Shown here piece after piece: positions 11,801-24,800 of a stretch of DNA of 64,000 nt. The first letter of the stretch is position 1, and the number at the start of each line of letters is the position of its first letter. Under the pieces are notes generated by a model. It was given only the letters and a program-made list of their open reading frames with translations, had not been told where the DNA came from and did not search any database. The DNA is taken from positions 11,387 to 75,386 of the forward strand of contig MCFE01000436.1 of the NCBI GenBank assembly GCA_002104905.1, in the 5' to 3' direction. Both the position numbers and the translations under genes were made by a program. The stretch comes from Basidiobolus meristosporus CBS 931.73. Lineage: Eukaryota; Fungi; Basidiobolomycota.

Positions 11801-14800
11801 GTTATTAGGACCCTGTAGCAGCCCCTTAGCATATAAGATCTCCAATTAACCATTGGATTAATTTGGTATTATTAGAGATTTGTTAAGTTCTTTGCAAGTA
11901 TTGCAGCACCATTGACTGACATCCTCAATAAAGGCAACACCTCAAAGTGGGACATAACTTGTCAGACTGACTTCCAGATGTTCAAGATGAACTTGCTAAG
12001 CTTCCAGCTTTAGAATACCAGACTGAAGAAAAGAGTTTTCTCTGTGCACAGATGCTTCAGACAATGCAATTGGTGGAGTAATGAGCCAAGAGCATGAAAG
12101 AAAGGACCACCCATTTGTTTTAATACAAGAAATCAAGCTTAACATAGCAAAACTATCCAGTGCATGAGTAGGAGATGCTTGCCACAAAGTACCGCTTGAA
12201 GACCAGGAGATGCTACATTGAAGAAGCCAAGTGCACTGTGAAAGCTGATCATGTCTCACTCAAGTCTATATTTACTCAGAAAGGACTGTCCAGAAGTATG
12301 GCAAGACGGCGTGAGCACATTCAGCAATTTGGCTTGGAGATTATTGACTGCCCTGGGAAAGGCAACATGATAACTGATGTCTTATCAAGACTAAGAACAA
12401 GTTGCACAACTCAACTTGGTGCAAGAATTAGATTGGCCCGGCTTATTACCAAAGTACTTGGAGGCCCAAGCCATTAACAAAGAGTTGGATGAAGACATTA
12501 AGAAGATGATCCATGATTAAGCCAGCAAATTTGTAGTACAAGATGGAACACTCTACCAAATTATTGATGGACATCCTACTGCCTATTGCCCTTATGTTGC
12601 TTGTCTGGATTTCATACGTAAAATACCTAATGGATATGAAAATCTTGGAGCTGAAGGAACCTATAGTCTTTTGAAATCCAGAGCATGATTGCTCCGAATG
12701 AAACATGATATTGAGATGCTGGTGAAAACATGCCCAAATTTCCCAATCAACCAAGACCAACCGCAGAGAGTTACCAAAGTCTTTCCCTTGGAGCCTGCAT
12801 GACCAATTGAGAGCTGGGGAATTGACTTTATTGCAAGACTGCCAACCACCAGGAAATGCAACTATTGGAGCCTGGTAGCAATTGGCCATGCCACTAAATG
12901 GGCAGTTACTAAAGCTGTACATGTAGTCAGTGAGCAAGAGGCAGCAAGTTTCTTCTACCATGAGATTCCTCTGAAGCTTGGATGCCCTGTAGAAATGTTA
13001 CCTGATAGAGAAGCCAACTTCAATGAATCACTTGGAAAAATGCTGGCCAAGTATGCAAATGGAGCTGTCAGTAGATGGATTGAATAAAAACCAAGCTTTT
13101 TTCCTGCAGAGTGTCATTGCACACCACCACCTAGCAATGGCCATTTTATGTTTTGTAGGATGGGAGCCAATGATTCCAGGAGATCCTACTCAATCAAAGC
13201 TTACAGACACCTTGGAAACATAACTCAGTCAGCCAGGTAGACACCAGCAAGTAGAAAAAAGACATCAAGAGGCACAGGCCAAAGTATCTCAAAGTGCAGA
13301 AGAGATGAAGCAGAAAATGCTGCACTATATGGGACAATCTTACACACTATAGTGCAATCTGACTCAATGAGGTTGGCATGACTGATTGCACCAACTTGTG
13401 ATGTTTGCATCACATGCATAATTGGATGCAACCATGGCAGTAGGTAATGTCCTGTACTTGGATATCTTTCTTTTGTGTAAGTGGACATAAACGTGTATCA
13501 CACTGAAAACTACACTGATATTTACCTTTTTAGCTACTATCACTGAAATTGGATGGTATTTCAAAGGCTGACAGGTCTAAACGTACCCTGAGCCTGTTGG
13601 CCCCTGATTGGCTCATTGTTCACTACACAAGCTAACTGATTTGCCATCTAACATCCCATTTTGGCCATTGAATAAGTGAATTTGTGATATTAGTGATTGA
13701 ACAAGGTGTCATAGCAAGCACACAACTGATTGAATAGGGGCAAATTTGGTCAAATAGCTGCACTAGTGTTACAGATGATGTATATATATGCATGGAGCTT
13801 ATCATATTGGCTCTGTCTCAAATATGAGATACTCTGCATTTACTTATATCAAATACTGAGTGATCACTGATTTGCAATGGCTTAATTTGGATTGCAAAAA
13901 ATGAGTTTTTTAGATCATGACAAATGGCAACAACTCAATGTAATTGCATAACCTTCTACTAGGTTCTTTTCTCTCAGGGATTACTATTGAGGATATTTAG
14001 CAGTGATTCACTTTGCACACCTAAACTACTTTCTTATTGACTATTATCTTGATTACTTGTGTACTTGTAGTCACTATAGTACCTCCTAAATGATAACAGA
14101 AACAGCCTGAAGTGCTACATGCTGATGCATTCTTTTACTTGTCTCAAATGTGAGACAACCTTGAGATTGTTTATATCAAAATTTAGTATTGACTTGCAAT
14201 TCAATGTGATTGCTTCATCTTCTCTTAGGTTTTTTTCTCACAGGAATTACCACTGAGGCATTTGGTAGTGAATCACTTTGCACACCTAAACTACTATCTT
14301 GTTGACTATCCTCTTGGCTACTTGTATAATTGTAGTCAGTAATTTGCCTCCTAGTTGTTGAGTGTAATGCTGCAGCTTGGCTGCGCTAAATTGCTCCAGA
14401 TGATGCAACTGAGCCAGCCTGCAGTGCTATGCGCTAACATGTTCTTTTACTTGCCCAAGGATCTGGGTGGTGGAGGCACTTCTGGTAGGTGATGTCAGTC
14501 AGTTCAACAGGAGTAAATTGTGGATGCTCAGGTATAGTGGCATGCACTGGTGAAACTTGATGTGTTGGCATAGCTCTTGCATAAGTTTGATGTGATGTTA
14601 CATTTTGATGCAACTTGTCCCGCTCCAATGGACTTGTGTACATATGAGCAATTTAGCAAGTTCTGGTAATTTTGCCCTAAAGCACGCACTGATTTAATGT
14701 GCATCAACTTGATGTGAGGTGGTCTTGTGAAGGGTGTTGGGCATAGACTAGATTGATTTGCACCAGCACACAATCATTGTAGGGGATGGTGAGGAGTCCA

Positions 14801-17050
14801 GCCAGGTGTGCTGGTGTTATCTAGACCCAGTTGCTTGCAGTCTATTTTTTTCCTCTTGAAGCTCATCTTATGATTCCTCAAGGTATTCACATAGCCTCTC
14901 TCTGATACTGTGCAACTCTTGCCTTGATGAGGCTTGTGTATAATACTCTTAGAAGCTACTCAGCTCTACTAGCATATCATGTATTACAATAGTCATTTGA
15001 GGCAAAAACTCACTCACAATCTCATTGGTTCCCAAAGTGGAGGCACAAAAAGACAGGTATAGCCCACACTGTGCAAATTGCAAGCAGAATTGCGTGTGTG
15101 TGGTATCCTCATCAAATCCCCACACTCTGAGTTCAATATTGATTCCATTACTTGGGTCATGCTGAGATCATTTGGCAAGAAGTTGAATGGAATTATCATT
15201 GCTTTTTCTGGCTTAGACCACACTTGTAGGCTGAGCAATGAGTTTTGTCTGGGTTGTACAGAAGATGAGTTAAGACCTGGTGCAGGGACCATAAAAACAG
15301 ATTTGGATACTTCTACAGTATTAAATTGCTATAAAACTGGGGTTATGTGATATATGTATGAAAACAAATGTAATTGTTGAATTTTCCATATATAATGCAT
15401 GATGCGTCATGGATGGCATTGACATGGATTTATTGACATCTATTGCAGATTTCCAAGTTGAATATGAAATTGCAAGTGATTAATCAACAAAATCACCAAG
15501 TCATTGTTTAAGGATGAAATTTGCAACATATTATGGGATGCGTGACAATTGATGGAGATCTATAATATTGTAAGGAAGATTAGAAAAATTAGGCTGATTG
15601 TCCCAAATTGATTCACAACACCTACACTAAATTACTGTCCAATTTGATATGACTTAGTCATCTAAATTGTCTTTTCTCTTCAATCCCATCACTACCACGG
15701 GATTTCTTCTTACAACATTAGAGAAGATAAATACCTAGGACTGTGGACTATCTCCCTTAACCCACTCAAGGAGATCCCCTATCAAGCTTCTCTGGTGTTA
15801 TAAGATCTAATGCACCATAAAGTTTCATGCCACCATTCATGGCAACAAGAGTCCTAGAAGCTTTGATTCCTAGCTGACAGCAATGGAGAACTACCTTGCT
15901 AAGGGTATGAATGACTTGGAGCAAGCTTTGAGTACTAGGCTCAGAAGCTATAGATTCCCATATCCCAGAATGTTCAGCAACAGGTTCTATATTGGAAGCA
16001 TTGTGGAAACCTTCTGGTAAGGATTAAAATACCTTCCAGAGGACAGAGACACTTTTGTGCTGGCAAATACAAGGCATGCCATGTGAAGTTTCAACCACTG
16101 TCTGGCATTGAGAGTAACATCATCTGGTTGACTGTGCCATTTCCTGGAAGTAGGCATGTCAAAGTACTCAGGGTAGTGAGTCATTCAGTACTCAATTAAG
16201 GGGAGAAATGAAGAGCAGACATAGCTTATGTAAGAGAGCATAGTCAGAGATTAGGAAGTATTACAGCTTGTAGGAAGCTAAGGAGTAGTTTGCTTAGCAG
16301 GAAGCAGAAGCTCTACAGTGAGATATCTGATCATTTCAGAGTGGGCATCATGCATACACTTGAATATTTAAAGAGACTCAGTATATTGGCAGGTAAATAT
16401 AGAGGAAAGCCATATATGGGAAAAAAGAGCAGATTAGGTAAAATTGCTAAGATACTTATTGATGCACAGTGTATGCATATAAAAAGAATCCACTGATAGC
16501 AATGTGCTTGGAACTCTATGAAGTGTAAAACAAGCAAGAAAAGTACTGTTATGAGAAACATAAGTATGATTGAGTTAATACACCAGTAACTGCAGCCTAC
16601 CATTGGCTTCATGGTAGAATTAGAGTGCTGGATAGTGCTGTATGGTGCCAGATTAATATAGTACTATTGCCATGCTTGCACTTTGCGGCACCATCCAACA
16701 GAACAACTCTAAAATCCATTTGCAACCTACCAAGTAGTGCACAAACAAGGGAATATCCGGGAAAACTTAGTACATAAAGACAGAATCAGGCTTGCAAGAC
16801 TTGCTGACAATACTGAACCATTATAATACTGGTATCACAACCAAAGAGACTCAGAGGAGCCCTTACAGTTCTAGTAGGGGGAAATGTTATGATATGCTGC
16901 CTGAATATTTAGGTTAAATCAGTTTTTGTCAAATCAAATAGCGTTATACTTGGTGTTTCAGTATATCAGTGTTATATATCAAGTCAGCAATATCAGTCAG
17001 CAGATGAATCAGTAGATTCTTGCCAGATGGAAATATATATGTTAGATTTA
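11800..17050 (+). mobile_element. Gypsy family A pol relic (RT thumb, RNase H, integrase), interrupted by ISL2-like copy 2; polypurine tract and 3' LTR starting at 16885
   Basis: RNase H-like TDASDNAIGGVMSQ and integrase-like WGIDFIARLP remnants; 16711-16884 is the reverse complement of about 18074-18250; AGTAGGGGGAAA precedes the TGTTATGAT LTR start. Confidence 0.8.
13310..16710 (+). mobile_element. ISL2-like element copy 2; left TIR deleted, most decayed copy
   Basis: Collinear with 7190-10421; right TIR variant CAACAGAACAACTCT ends at 16710. Confidence 0.8.
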
Positions 17051-17064
17051 TTCTGTGAGCAAGT

Positions 17065-17657
17065 ACCACATTGAGCCATAAGTGCCAAACAGTCTAATTG
17101 TGTGCCAGAGAGATGTAGCACACCTAAATTGGCCACAAAGTGCATAACATAGCTCTTTGTCTTCCATCAAAGCAGCCCTTGTGTTTCACTCATTATGCTG
17201 GAGAAATCCATTGTTTGACTATATTTATCAATGTTCAGCAGGATGTGTAAGCCCACAGAGGGACTGAGGATATGTATCCTAAATGTTGGCCCTGAGGTAA
17301 AATTTATTCATGCACTCAAAGTGCCATACAGTACCAGTGGATCAAGATAGTGCCATGCATTTTTGTCACATGATGTAAGCCACAGGAGCTAAATTCAGAG
17401 TACTGTGGGTATTGGTACTAGATACATTTCTTCATTCCTTTTGTGTTCTCACACATCCTGCACAACATTGATCCAAAAAAAAGGTCAAAACATGAATATT
17501 CTCCAGTACATAGGCAAAACACAGGGGCTACTTTGCATGAAGATGAAGATCTATGTTTGCATTCTGTGGTAAAATATAAGTCACTTGGCCTCCCTGGAAC
17601 ATGATGCATCATTTGGCACTCATGGCACAATGTGGCACTATCCAACAGAACAAATCT
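17065..17657. mobile_element. Second foldback MITE copy (left TIR lost)
   Basis: About 17100-17290 is the inverse of about 17400-17600; homologous to 5340-6019; ends CAACAGAACAAATCT. Confidence 0.75.
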
Positions 17658-19336
17658 ATTAAGTAAGATACAAATAGATAGAAATGATGCAATCACATGA
17701 GTTATTGTTACAGACTCTGATATGAGAGTTGCAGAGGAATAGGGAGTTTAGCCAGTATTATAGTCACTAAAACTTGAACTGATTTTTATAGAGGTTCCAA
17801 CAGCTCCTTTTATATATTTTGCCAGATCAATTGCTGACTAATTGTATTTCCCAATGTAGGTTGTGACTGATGACTCATTTGAGAGCATCATCATCACCCA
17901 ATTAGATTATACCTAAAAACGCTATTTCTGTCAGTTTAGGATCTGCTGAATTGTCTGCTGTTAAATACTGCTCATCTGATAGATAACACTGGTATATTAT
18001 AGACCAAACATAAAACTAATTGATCTGATTAAAAACTGATCTAACTTAAACATTCAGGCAGTGTATCATCACATTATCCCCTACCAAAGTTGAGAGGGCT
18101 CTCCTGGGCCTCTTTTCTTGTTATACCAATATCTTGATGGTTCAGTATTGTCAGCAAGTCTTGCAAGCTTGAGTCTATTTCTATGAACTACGTCTTCCCA
18201 GATATTACCTTGTTTGTACACTAATTGGTAAGTTGCAAATAGACATCCTCCAATGATCTTGAAAGATCCGCTCTATTGTGGCTCAGACTTATTCTGTGTG
18301 TTGTTTCTCAGTAATGCAAAGTTCCCAATTGTCAACGCCCCTGGTGATATAGTCTTATCAAGTCTCTGCTTCCTCTATTCTGTACGCTGAGGTACTTTGG
18401 CCTGTGCCTCTTGACATCTTTGTTTCAGCTGTTGGTGTCTACTTGGCTGACTGAGTTCTTCTTTTACGGCATCTGTGAGCTTTGGTTGTGTGAGATCTCT
18501 TGGATTCCTTGGTTCACATCCATACACTAAGTAAAATGGCAATTGTTGGGTGGTGTTGTGCACTCAAACTCTGCAGGCAAAAGTGCCTAGTCTAAAGACA
18601 TGCTCCATTGTACGGTGCCAGGGCATGCGGCGCATTCTGCGGTCTTTAAGAACAATTGGGTGCAATATTGTAGCTACCAGTAGGCAGGATTGCTCTTGGA
18701 CAATATTGCACCATGTGGGACAATCTTGCGCACTATGGCACAATCTGACACAATGAGGTTGGTACAAAAAATTGCACCCACTTGTATTGTTTCATCACAT
18801 GTGCAATTGGATACCACTATTATGGTAGGTGAGATCCAGTATTTGGATATGTTTCTTTAATGAGAATGGAAATAAAGGAGTATCACACTATAAACTACAC
18901 TGATACTTACCATTTTGGTTATCATCCCTCCAAACTGATGGTATCTCAGTGGTTAATTGGTCTAAAAGTATCCTGAAGCTTTCAGCCCCCAATTGGCTCT
19001 TTGACCAATACACGAGCTACCTGATTTGCCATCAAGTATCCCATTTTGCCCATTAAGCAAGTTAATCCCTGATCCTAGTGATTGGACAAGGTGTCATAGC
19101 TAGCACGCAACCAATTATATGGGTGTAAATCAGATCAAATGGCAGCACTGGTGCCACTGATGATGTATACATATGCAGGGTGTTTATTTTTAGGGGTCCT
19201 GTCTCAAATGTGAGACAGCATAAATATTGCTTATATCAAAATTTAGTAATCACTGATTTGCAAAGGCTCAATGCGGATCGCAAAAAAAATGTGTTATTTG
19301 GATCATTATAGATCATAGCAACTCAATGCAGTTGCA

Positions 19337-20583
19337 TCATCTTCTCCTAGGCTTTTTGCTCACAGTGATTGCTACTGAAGCATCTGGTAGTGATTCACTT
19401 TGCACACCTAAACTACCTTCTTGTTGACTATCCTCTTGGCTACTTGTGTATTGGTAGTCAGTATTTTGCCTCCTAATTGATGAGTGCAATGCTGCAGCTT
19501 GGCCACACTGAATTGCTCCAGATGATGCAACTGAGCTGGCCTGCAGAGCTATGTGCTGACGTGTTCTTTTACTTGCCAAAGGCTCTGGTGGTGGAGGCAC
19601 TTCATGTGGGTCATCATCAGTCAGTTCACCAGAAGAAACTTGCTGATGGTCAGGTGTAGTGGCACATGCAGACGCAACTTGCTGTGCTGGCATGGCCCTT
19701 AGCTGAGTTTGATGTGATGCTGCTTGTTGACATGACGCGGCCTGCTCCAATGGACTTGTGTCTCTTTGAGCAGTTTGGCAGGTTCTGGTGGTTTTGCTGT
19801 GAAGCATGTGCGTTGACCCAATACACATTGAGTCAATGCAGCGCACTCTTGTGAAGGTTGTTGGCATGGTTTGGACTGATGTCTGCCAGCACGCTGAAGT
19901 TGCAAGGGATGGTAAGAAATCCAGCAAGGCATGCTGGCGCAATCTAGACAATGTTGCTTGCGGTCTGTATTCCTCCTCTTGAAGCTCATCTTCTGATTCC
20001 TCAAAGTATTCACTTACCCCCTGTCTAATACTTTGCAACTGTTGCCTGGATGAGTCCTGTGTATATTGCTCTTGGAAGCCACTTAGCTCTACTTATATAT
20101 CATGTAATACATTAGTTATTTGAGGCAAAAACTCATCAAAATCTCTTTGGTTCCCAAAGTCAAGGCACAAACGGACACGTCCAGCCCATACTGTGCAAAT
20201 TGCATGCAAAACTGTTCCCCTGTGGCTTCCTCATCAAATCTCCTCACTCTCAGCTCATTCCTGATTTCAATACTTATCTTGTTATATATCATCTTACATA
20301 CATCCACTGGCATCTTGATGTAAAACTCATGCCACAGCTTTCTACTCAGGTTCTTCCATATCTGTCAACTCTCCAAGGTATCTAGTTCTGCTAAATTAAT
20401 GAGTAGTGCCCAAATATCTGTATGAAGGCTCATCATAGACACTTGGGCCATACTGAAATTATTTGGCAAGAACTCAAACAGATCCAACATTGCCTTTTCC
20501 AGTCCAGACCGCACCTGTGAGCTGGGGGATGGGTTTTGTCTGGGTTGAGCTAAAGATGAGTTGAGACTTGGTATAGGGACCAT
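19337..20583 (-). pseudogene. ORF2 of the ISL2-like element, about 410 aa after repairing two stops and one frameshift; family unknown
   Basis: ORFs 20365-20583, 20116-20313 and 19337-20038 join into one frame; homologous segments are present in the other copies. Confidence 0.65.
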
Positions 20584-20890
20584 AGTGACAGATTTGAATA
20601 CTTTTACAGTGGTGTATTGGCATAAACCTGGTCTTATATGAAATATATGTGAAAACTAATGCGATTGTTGAATCTTCCATATATTATGCATGATGCATCT
20701 TGGATTGCATTGACACAGATCAGATCACATCAATTGCAGAGTTCCTATTTGATTATGGATTTATGAGTAATACATCAATAAAAATACCCAGTCATTGTTT
20801 GAGGATGATTTTTGCAACATAATGAAGGGATACATGGCAATTGATGGAGGTTTAATTGTAATGCATGGAAAATGAGATAAATAAAGCTGA

Positions 20891-21865
20891 TTGCGCCAAA
20901 TCAAATCAAATCATCTTAGCCCAATTCTTTCCAATTTTGATATGACTTTTTCATCTGAATGGTCTTTTCTCATCAATCCCATCACTACCACTGGATTTCC
21001 TTTTGACACACTCAAGGAGATCTATACCAAGTACTGTGGTCCATCTACCCCAATCTACTCAAGGAGATCCCTTGTTAAGCTTCTCTGCTATTACAAGAAC
21101 TATTGCTCTACAAGGTTTCATCCCACCATCCATGGCAACAAAAGTCCTAGAAGCTTTCATTCACAGCTGACAGCAATGGAGAACCACCTTGCAGAGGGAA
21201 TGAATGACTTAGAGCAAGCTTGCAGTAGTAGGTTTAGAAGCTCCAATAGACTTCCCTATCCCAGAGTGTTCAGCAACAGGTTTCATATAAGGAGTATTTT
21301 GGACACCTTCCCAGTCAGGATCAACAAGCCTTCCAGAGTGCAGAGGCACTTTTATTCTGGCAAGTACAAGGCACACTGTGTGAAGTTTCAAGCATGGTTG
21401 GACATTGAGGGTAACATCATCTGGCTTAGTGGGCTATTTGCTGGAAGTAAGCATGACAGAGCACTCTGGGTAGAGAATCATCCAGAATTCAGTAGAGGGG
21501 AGAAATCTATGGCAGACTTGGCTTATATTGGAGAGGATTGTCAGAGATTAGGATGTATTACAGCTTATAGGAGGCCAAGGAATGGTGTGCTTAGCAGGAA
21601 GCAGAAGGTCTACAATGAGATATTTAATCATTTCAGAGTGAGGGTTGAGCATACATTTGGATATCTGAAGAGATTCAGCATATTGGCAGGTAAATATAGA
21701 GGAAAGTCACATAGAGGAGAAAACAGCAGAATTGGTAAAATAGCTAAGATACTTATCAATGCACAGTATATTCATACCGGAAGACATCCTCTGAGAGAAA
21801 TGTGTCTGGAACATTATGAAGAGAAAATGATGCAAGGAAAGCACTACTCTGAGCAACATAAGTAA
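20891..21865 (+). CDS. DDE transposase, DDE_Tnp_4/IS5-ISL2-like (probable ATG at 20942, about 307 aa)
   Basis: Open frame with ILDTFP (D), YSGKYKAHCVKFQ, GSKHD, MADLAYIG (D), RVRVEHTFGYLKRFSILAGKYR (E). Confidence 0.9.
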   Translation: MRQIKSNHLSPILSNFDMTFSSEWSFLINPITTTGFPFDTLKEIYTKYCGPSTPIYSRRSLVKLLCYYKNYCSTRFHPTIHGNKSPRSFHSQLTAMENHLAEGMNDLEQACSSRFRSSNRLPYPRVFSNRFHIRSILDTFPVRINKPSRVQRHFYSGKYKAHCVKFQAWLDIEGNIIWLSGLFAGSKHDRALWVENHPEFSRGEKSMADLAYIGEDCQRLGCITAYRRPRNGVLSRKQKVYNEIFNHFRVRVEHTFGYLKRFSILAGKYRGKSHRGENSRIGKIAKILINAQYIHTGRHPLREMCLEHYEEKMMQGKHYSEQHK

Positions 21866-24800
21866 GATCAAGTAAAATTACCAGTAACTATAACCTACCA
21901 CTGGCATGATGGTAGAAATTATAGTGCCAGATAGTGCCAGATCAATCTGGCACTATAAACAGGCTGGCACTATGTAACACTATCCAATGGAACAAGTCTT
22001 ATATACTCATCCCATCTACTAGCAGCTCCATTTGCATACTTAGTCAGGATTTTTCAAAATAATGCATTAAGCCACTCAGGGACTCCATTAGCTCTAGGGT
22101 GCTATGCTGAGGTTTTCAATTGCTTGATCTGCTGAAGTTCCAGGTAAGCTTCCAATATCTTTAACATAAAGCTTGCTCCTCTATTGGATAAATCCCTGCA
22201 GGGCATCCAAAATTTGTAAGGATCCCATGGTTGATGAAACTTGCAACTTCTTGCTCACTAGCTACAGGTCCTGCTTGAGCCACTTGTCATTTAGTGGCAT
22301 GATCAATTGCTACTGTGATCCAATGGTTGCATTTCCTGATGTTTGGCAGTCTTCCACTGAAGTCAATTCACCATCTCTCAAATGGTCTCATAGGCTCTAA
22401 GGGGAAGAGTTCAGCAATTATCTGTGGTTGGCCTTAGTTGATTTGGCAATTTAGGCATGCTTTCACTAGCTTCTCCACGTTTAGTTTCATCTGGGGCCAC
22501 CATGTTCTGGCTTTCACAAGGCTATAGGTTCCTTCAACTCCAGGATGTATGTATCCATTGTGTAGCTTATGTATTAAATCCAGACAAGAAACATAAGGGC
22601 AGTAGGCAATAGGGCTTCTATTAACAATTTAGTAGAGTGTTCTATCCTTTACAACAAATTTGCTGGCTTCATCCTGGATAATCTTTTTGATCTTTTCATC
22701 CACCTCATTGGGAATGGCTTGGTCCTCCAAGTACTTTGGTAATAAGCTAGGCCAATCTGATTCATGCACCAAGTGGAGTTGTTCAACTTGCCCAAGTCTT
22801 GATAAGGCATCAGCAACCATGTTGTTTTTCCCAAGGTAGTAGAAATCTCCAAGTCAATTTGTTGAATATATTTACTCTATCCTGTCATTCTTCAGGAGTG
22901 TACCCTCTAAGTAAATATACACCTGAGCAAAGTGTAATCAGTCTTCACAGTGCACTTGACTCCTTTAATGTAGCATATCCAGGTCTTCAAGCAGTGTATT
23001 ATAGTAAGTATCTCCTTCTCATGCACTGGATAGTTTTGTTCTGCTGAGTTCAGTTTCTTGATTCAAAGGCAACTGGGTAGTTCTTTCCCTGGGGTTCTAG
23101 GCTCAACACTCCACCAATTGAATATTCTGAAGCATATGTGCACAGAGTAAACTCTTTTCTGAAGTCTGGAATGCTTAAGCTTGGCAGCATAGCAAGCTTA
23201 TTCTTAAGGGCCCAAAAGGCAGTCTCAAAGGTTATGCACCACTTTATGGTGTTGTCTTTCTTAAGAATAGCAGTTGCAGGGGCTGCAATATTTGCAAAGA
23301 ACTTGACAAATCTCCAATAATAGGAAACCATTCTAAGAAATGATCTTAGTTCTGAGATGCTATGGGGCTGCTTCAGGTTCTTGATGACTTCAACCTTCTT
23401 TATGTTCAAGGTCACTTCTGTGATGGTCCAAAAGCTCATCAATTCAGGGTATGGGTACTTATTCTTCAGTGCAGCTGAGTTGAGGGCTCTATGGTCAATG
23501 CACATCCTAAGTGTTCTGCCCCTCTTTTTCACAAAGAGTACTGATGCTCCCCAAGGTGACTTGCAAGGTCCAATATATCCTTGCTCCAATAACTGATCTA
23601 TTTGTCTCTTCAGCTCTTACAAATCCAATGGATGTATTCTATAAGGTGTCTTACTCACTGAGGACCATCTTCTGTGTCAATGGCATGATCCACATCTCTG
23701 ACTGGGGGTAAGCCAACAAATACATCTGGAAACATGTCTGAATATTCCTTCAAAAGAGTGTGGACCTTCTGGGGTGCTGGAGTGGAGGAGTCCTCCTGCA
23801 ATACTACCATGATGATCATCTGGGTGTATTTTCTAAGTGCTACACAGAACTGTGTCTTGCTCAGTTCATTTGTTTCACAAACACTGGAATTGACCAAGCT
23901 GAAATCCAGTCTGGCAGGTAATAGCTCATAGGTCATGTTGTTCTTCAGGATCTGAGTGGCATGGGTTCTCCAGTTGCTTGATGGATTACAACAAAATAGC
24001 CAGGTTTTTCCAAGTGCATGGTCAAACTTGCAGCTTCCAAATATAAATGCCTGTAGGTCTTCTTCATAGTCATTGATCTTCATTCTCACTGGCTGAGTAA
24101 TATGGTTGATTATGTGACAGTTCCCATCTGCTGTCAAGCCTGAAGTTGATTTGGTGAGTTCTGAGTTAATTCAAGCTTTTAAAGAATACAGCTCTGACAC
24201 GTACTCATGCAATACTCCTGAATCAATCATGATTTTGGTAGGTACTCCATTGATGACTCCATTCAAGTGTAATAGCTTTGCTGAGTTCAAGGTCATTTAG
24301 GATAAGTGTTCTTCTGTCACATGGGAGGTAAGCTCTGAGTCTTCTTCATGTTCATCCTCCATGTGGCAATGCTCAAGGGGCTCAAAATGGTTGAAAGTTC
24401 TTGATGACCCATGTTGATTTCATCTCTGTGGGTAGTACTTTGCAATTTTTCCTTGCTGGTGGCAGTTGAAGCAAAGGCATTCTATTTACATTCTTCTGTG
24501 GTGGGATTCTTCTGCATAGCATCTATTTCCCTTGGCATTGCTTCTGGTTTTCTTCTTTCATAGTGATTGTAGCCTCTCAGACTAGTCATTGTGAGTATCC
24601 CAACTCCAAACATAGCTAAGTCAAAGTCAATAGCAACCTTGATAGCTTTTTCAATAGTCTGAGGTCTCTGATTATTAACTACCTTGCAAGTTTGTTTTTT
24701 CAACTCATCAATAAAGTATTCAGCTTGTTCCAGGGGTACATTCTTTCAGTTTGTCCAAGCAGATATCTATATTCATAGATCTACTCTTGAACCATTCCCT

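Larger units (their letters stand above)
18596..21999 (+). mobile_element. Full-length ISL2-like element copy 3 (best preserved), inserted in the gypsy integrase
   Basis: TIRs AGACATGCTCCATTG and CAATGGAACAAGTCT; the flanks rejoin as a gypsy WDEY(I/L)D-ALFACRV-like sequence. Confidence 0.9.

Noticed and set aside
18074-18375. Possible chromodomain at the gypsy integrase C-terminus
   Set aside because: The repaired translation shows only a GPY/F-like tail ending at the polypurine tract; no chromodomain motif.
21890-21985. Short TAGTGCCAG/CTGGCACTA repeats resembling a CRISPR or operator array
   Set aside because: Irregular spacing, both orientations and location next to the TIR; these are transposon subterminal repeats. 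No cas genes, and the context is eukaryotic.
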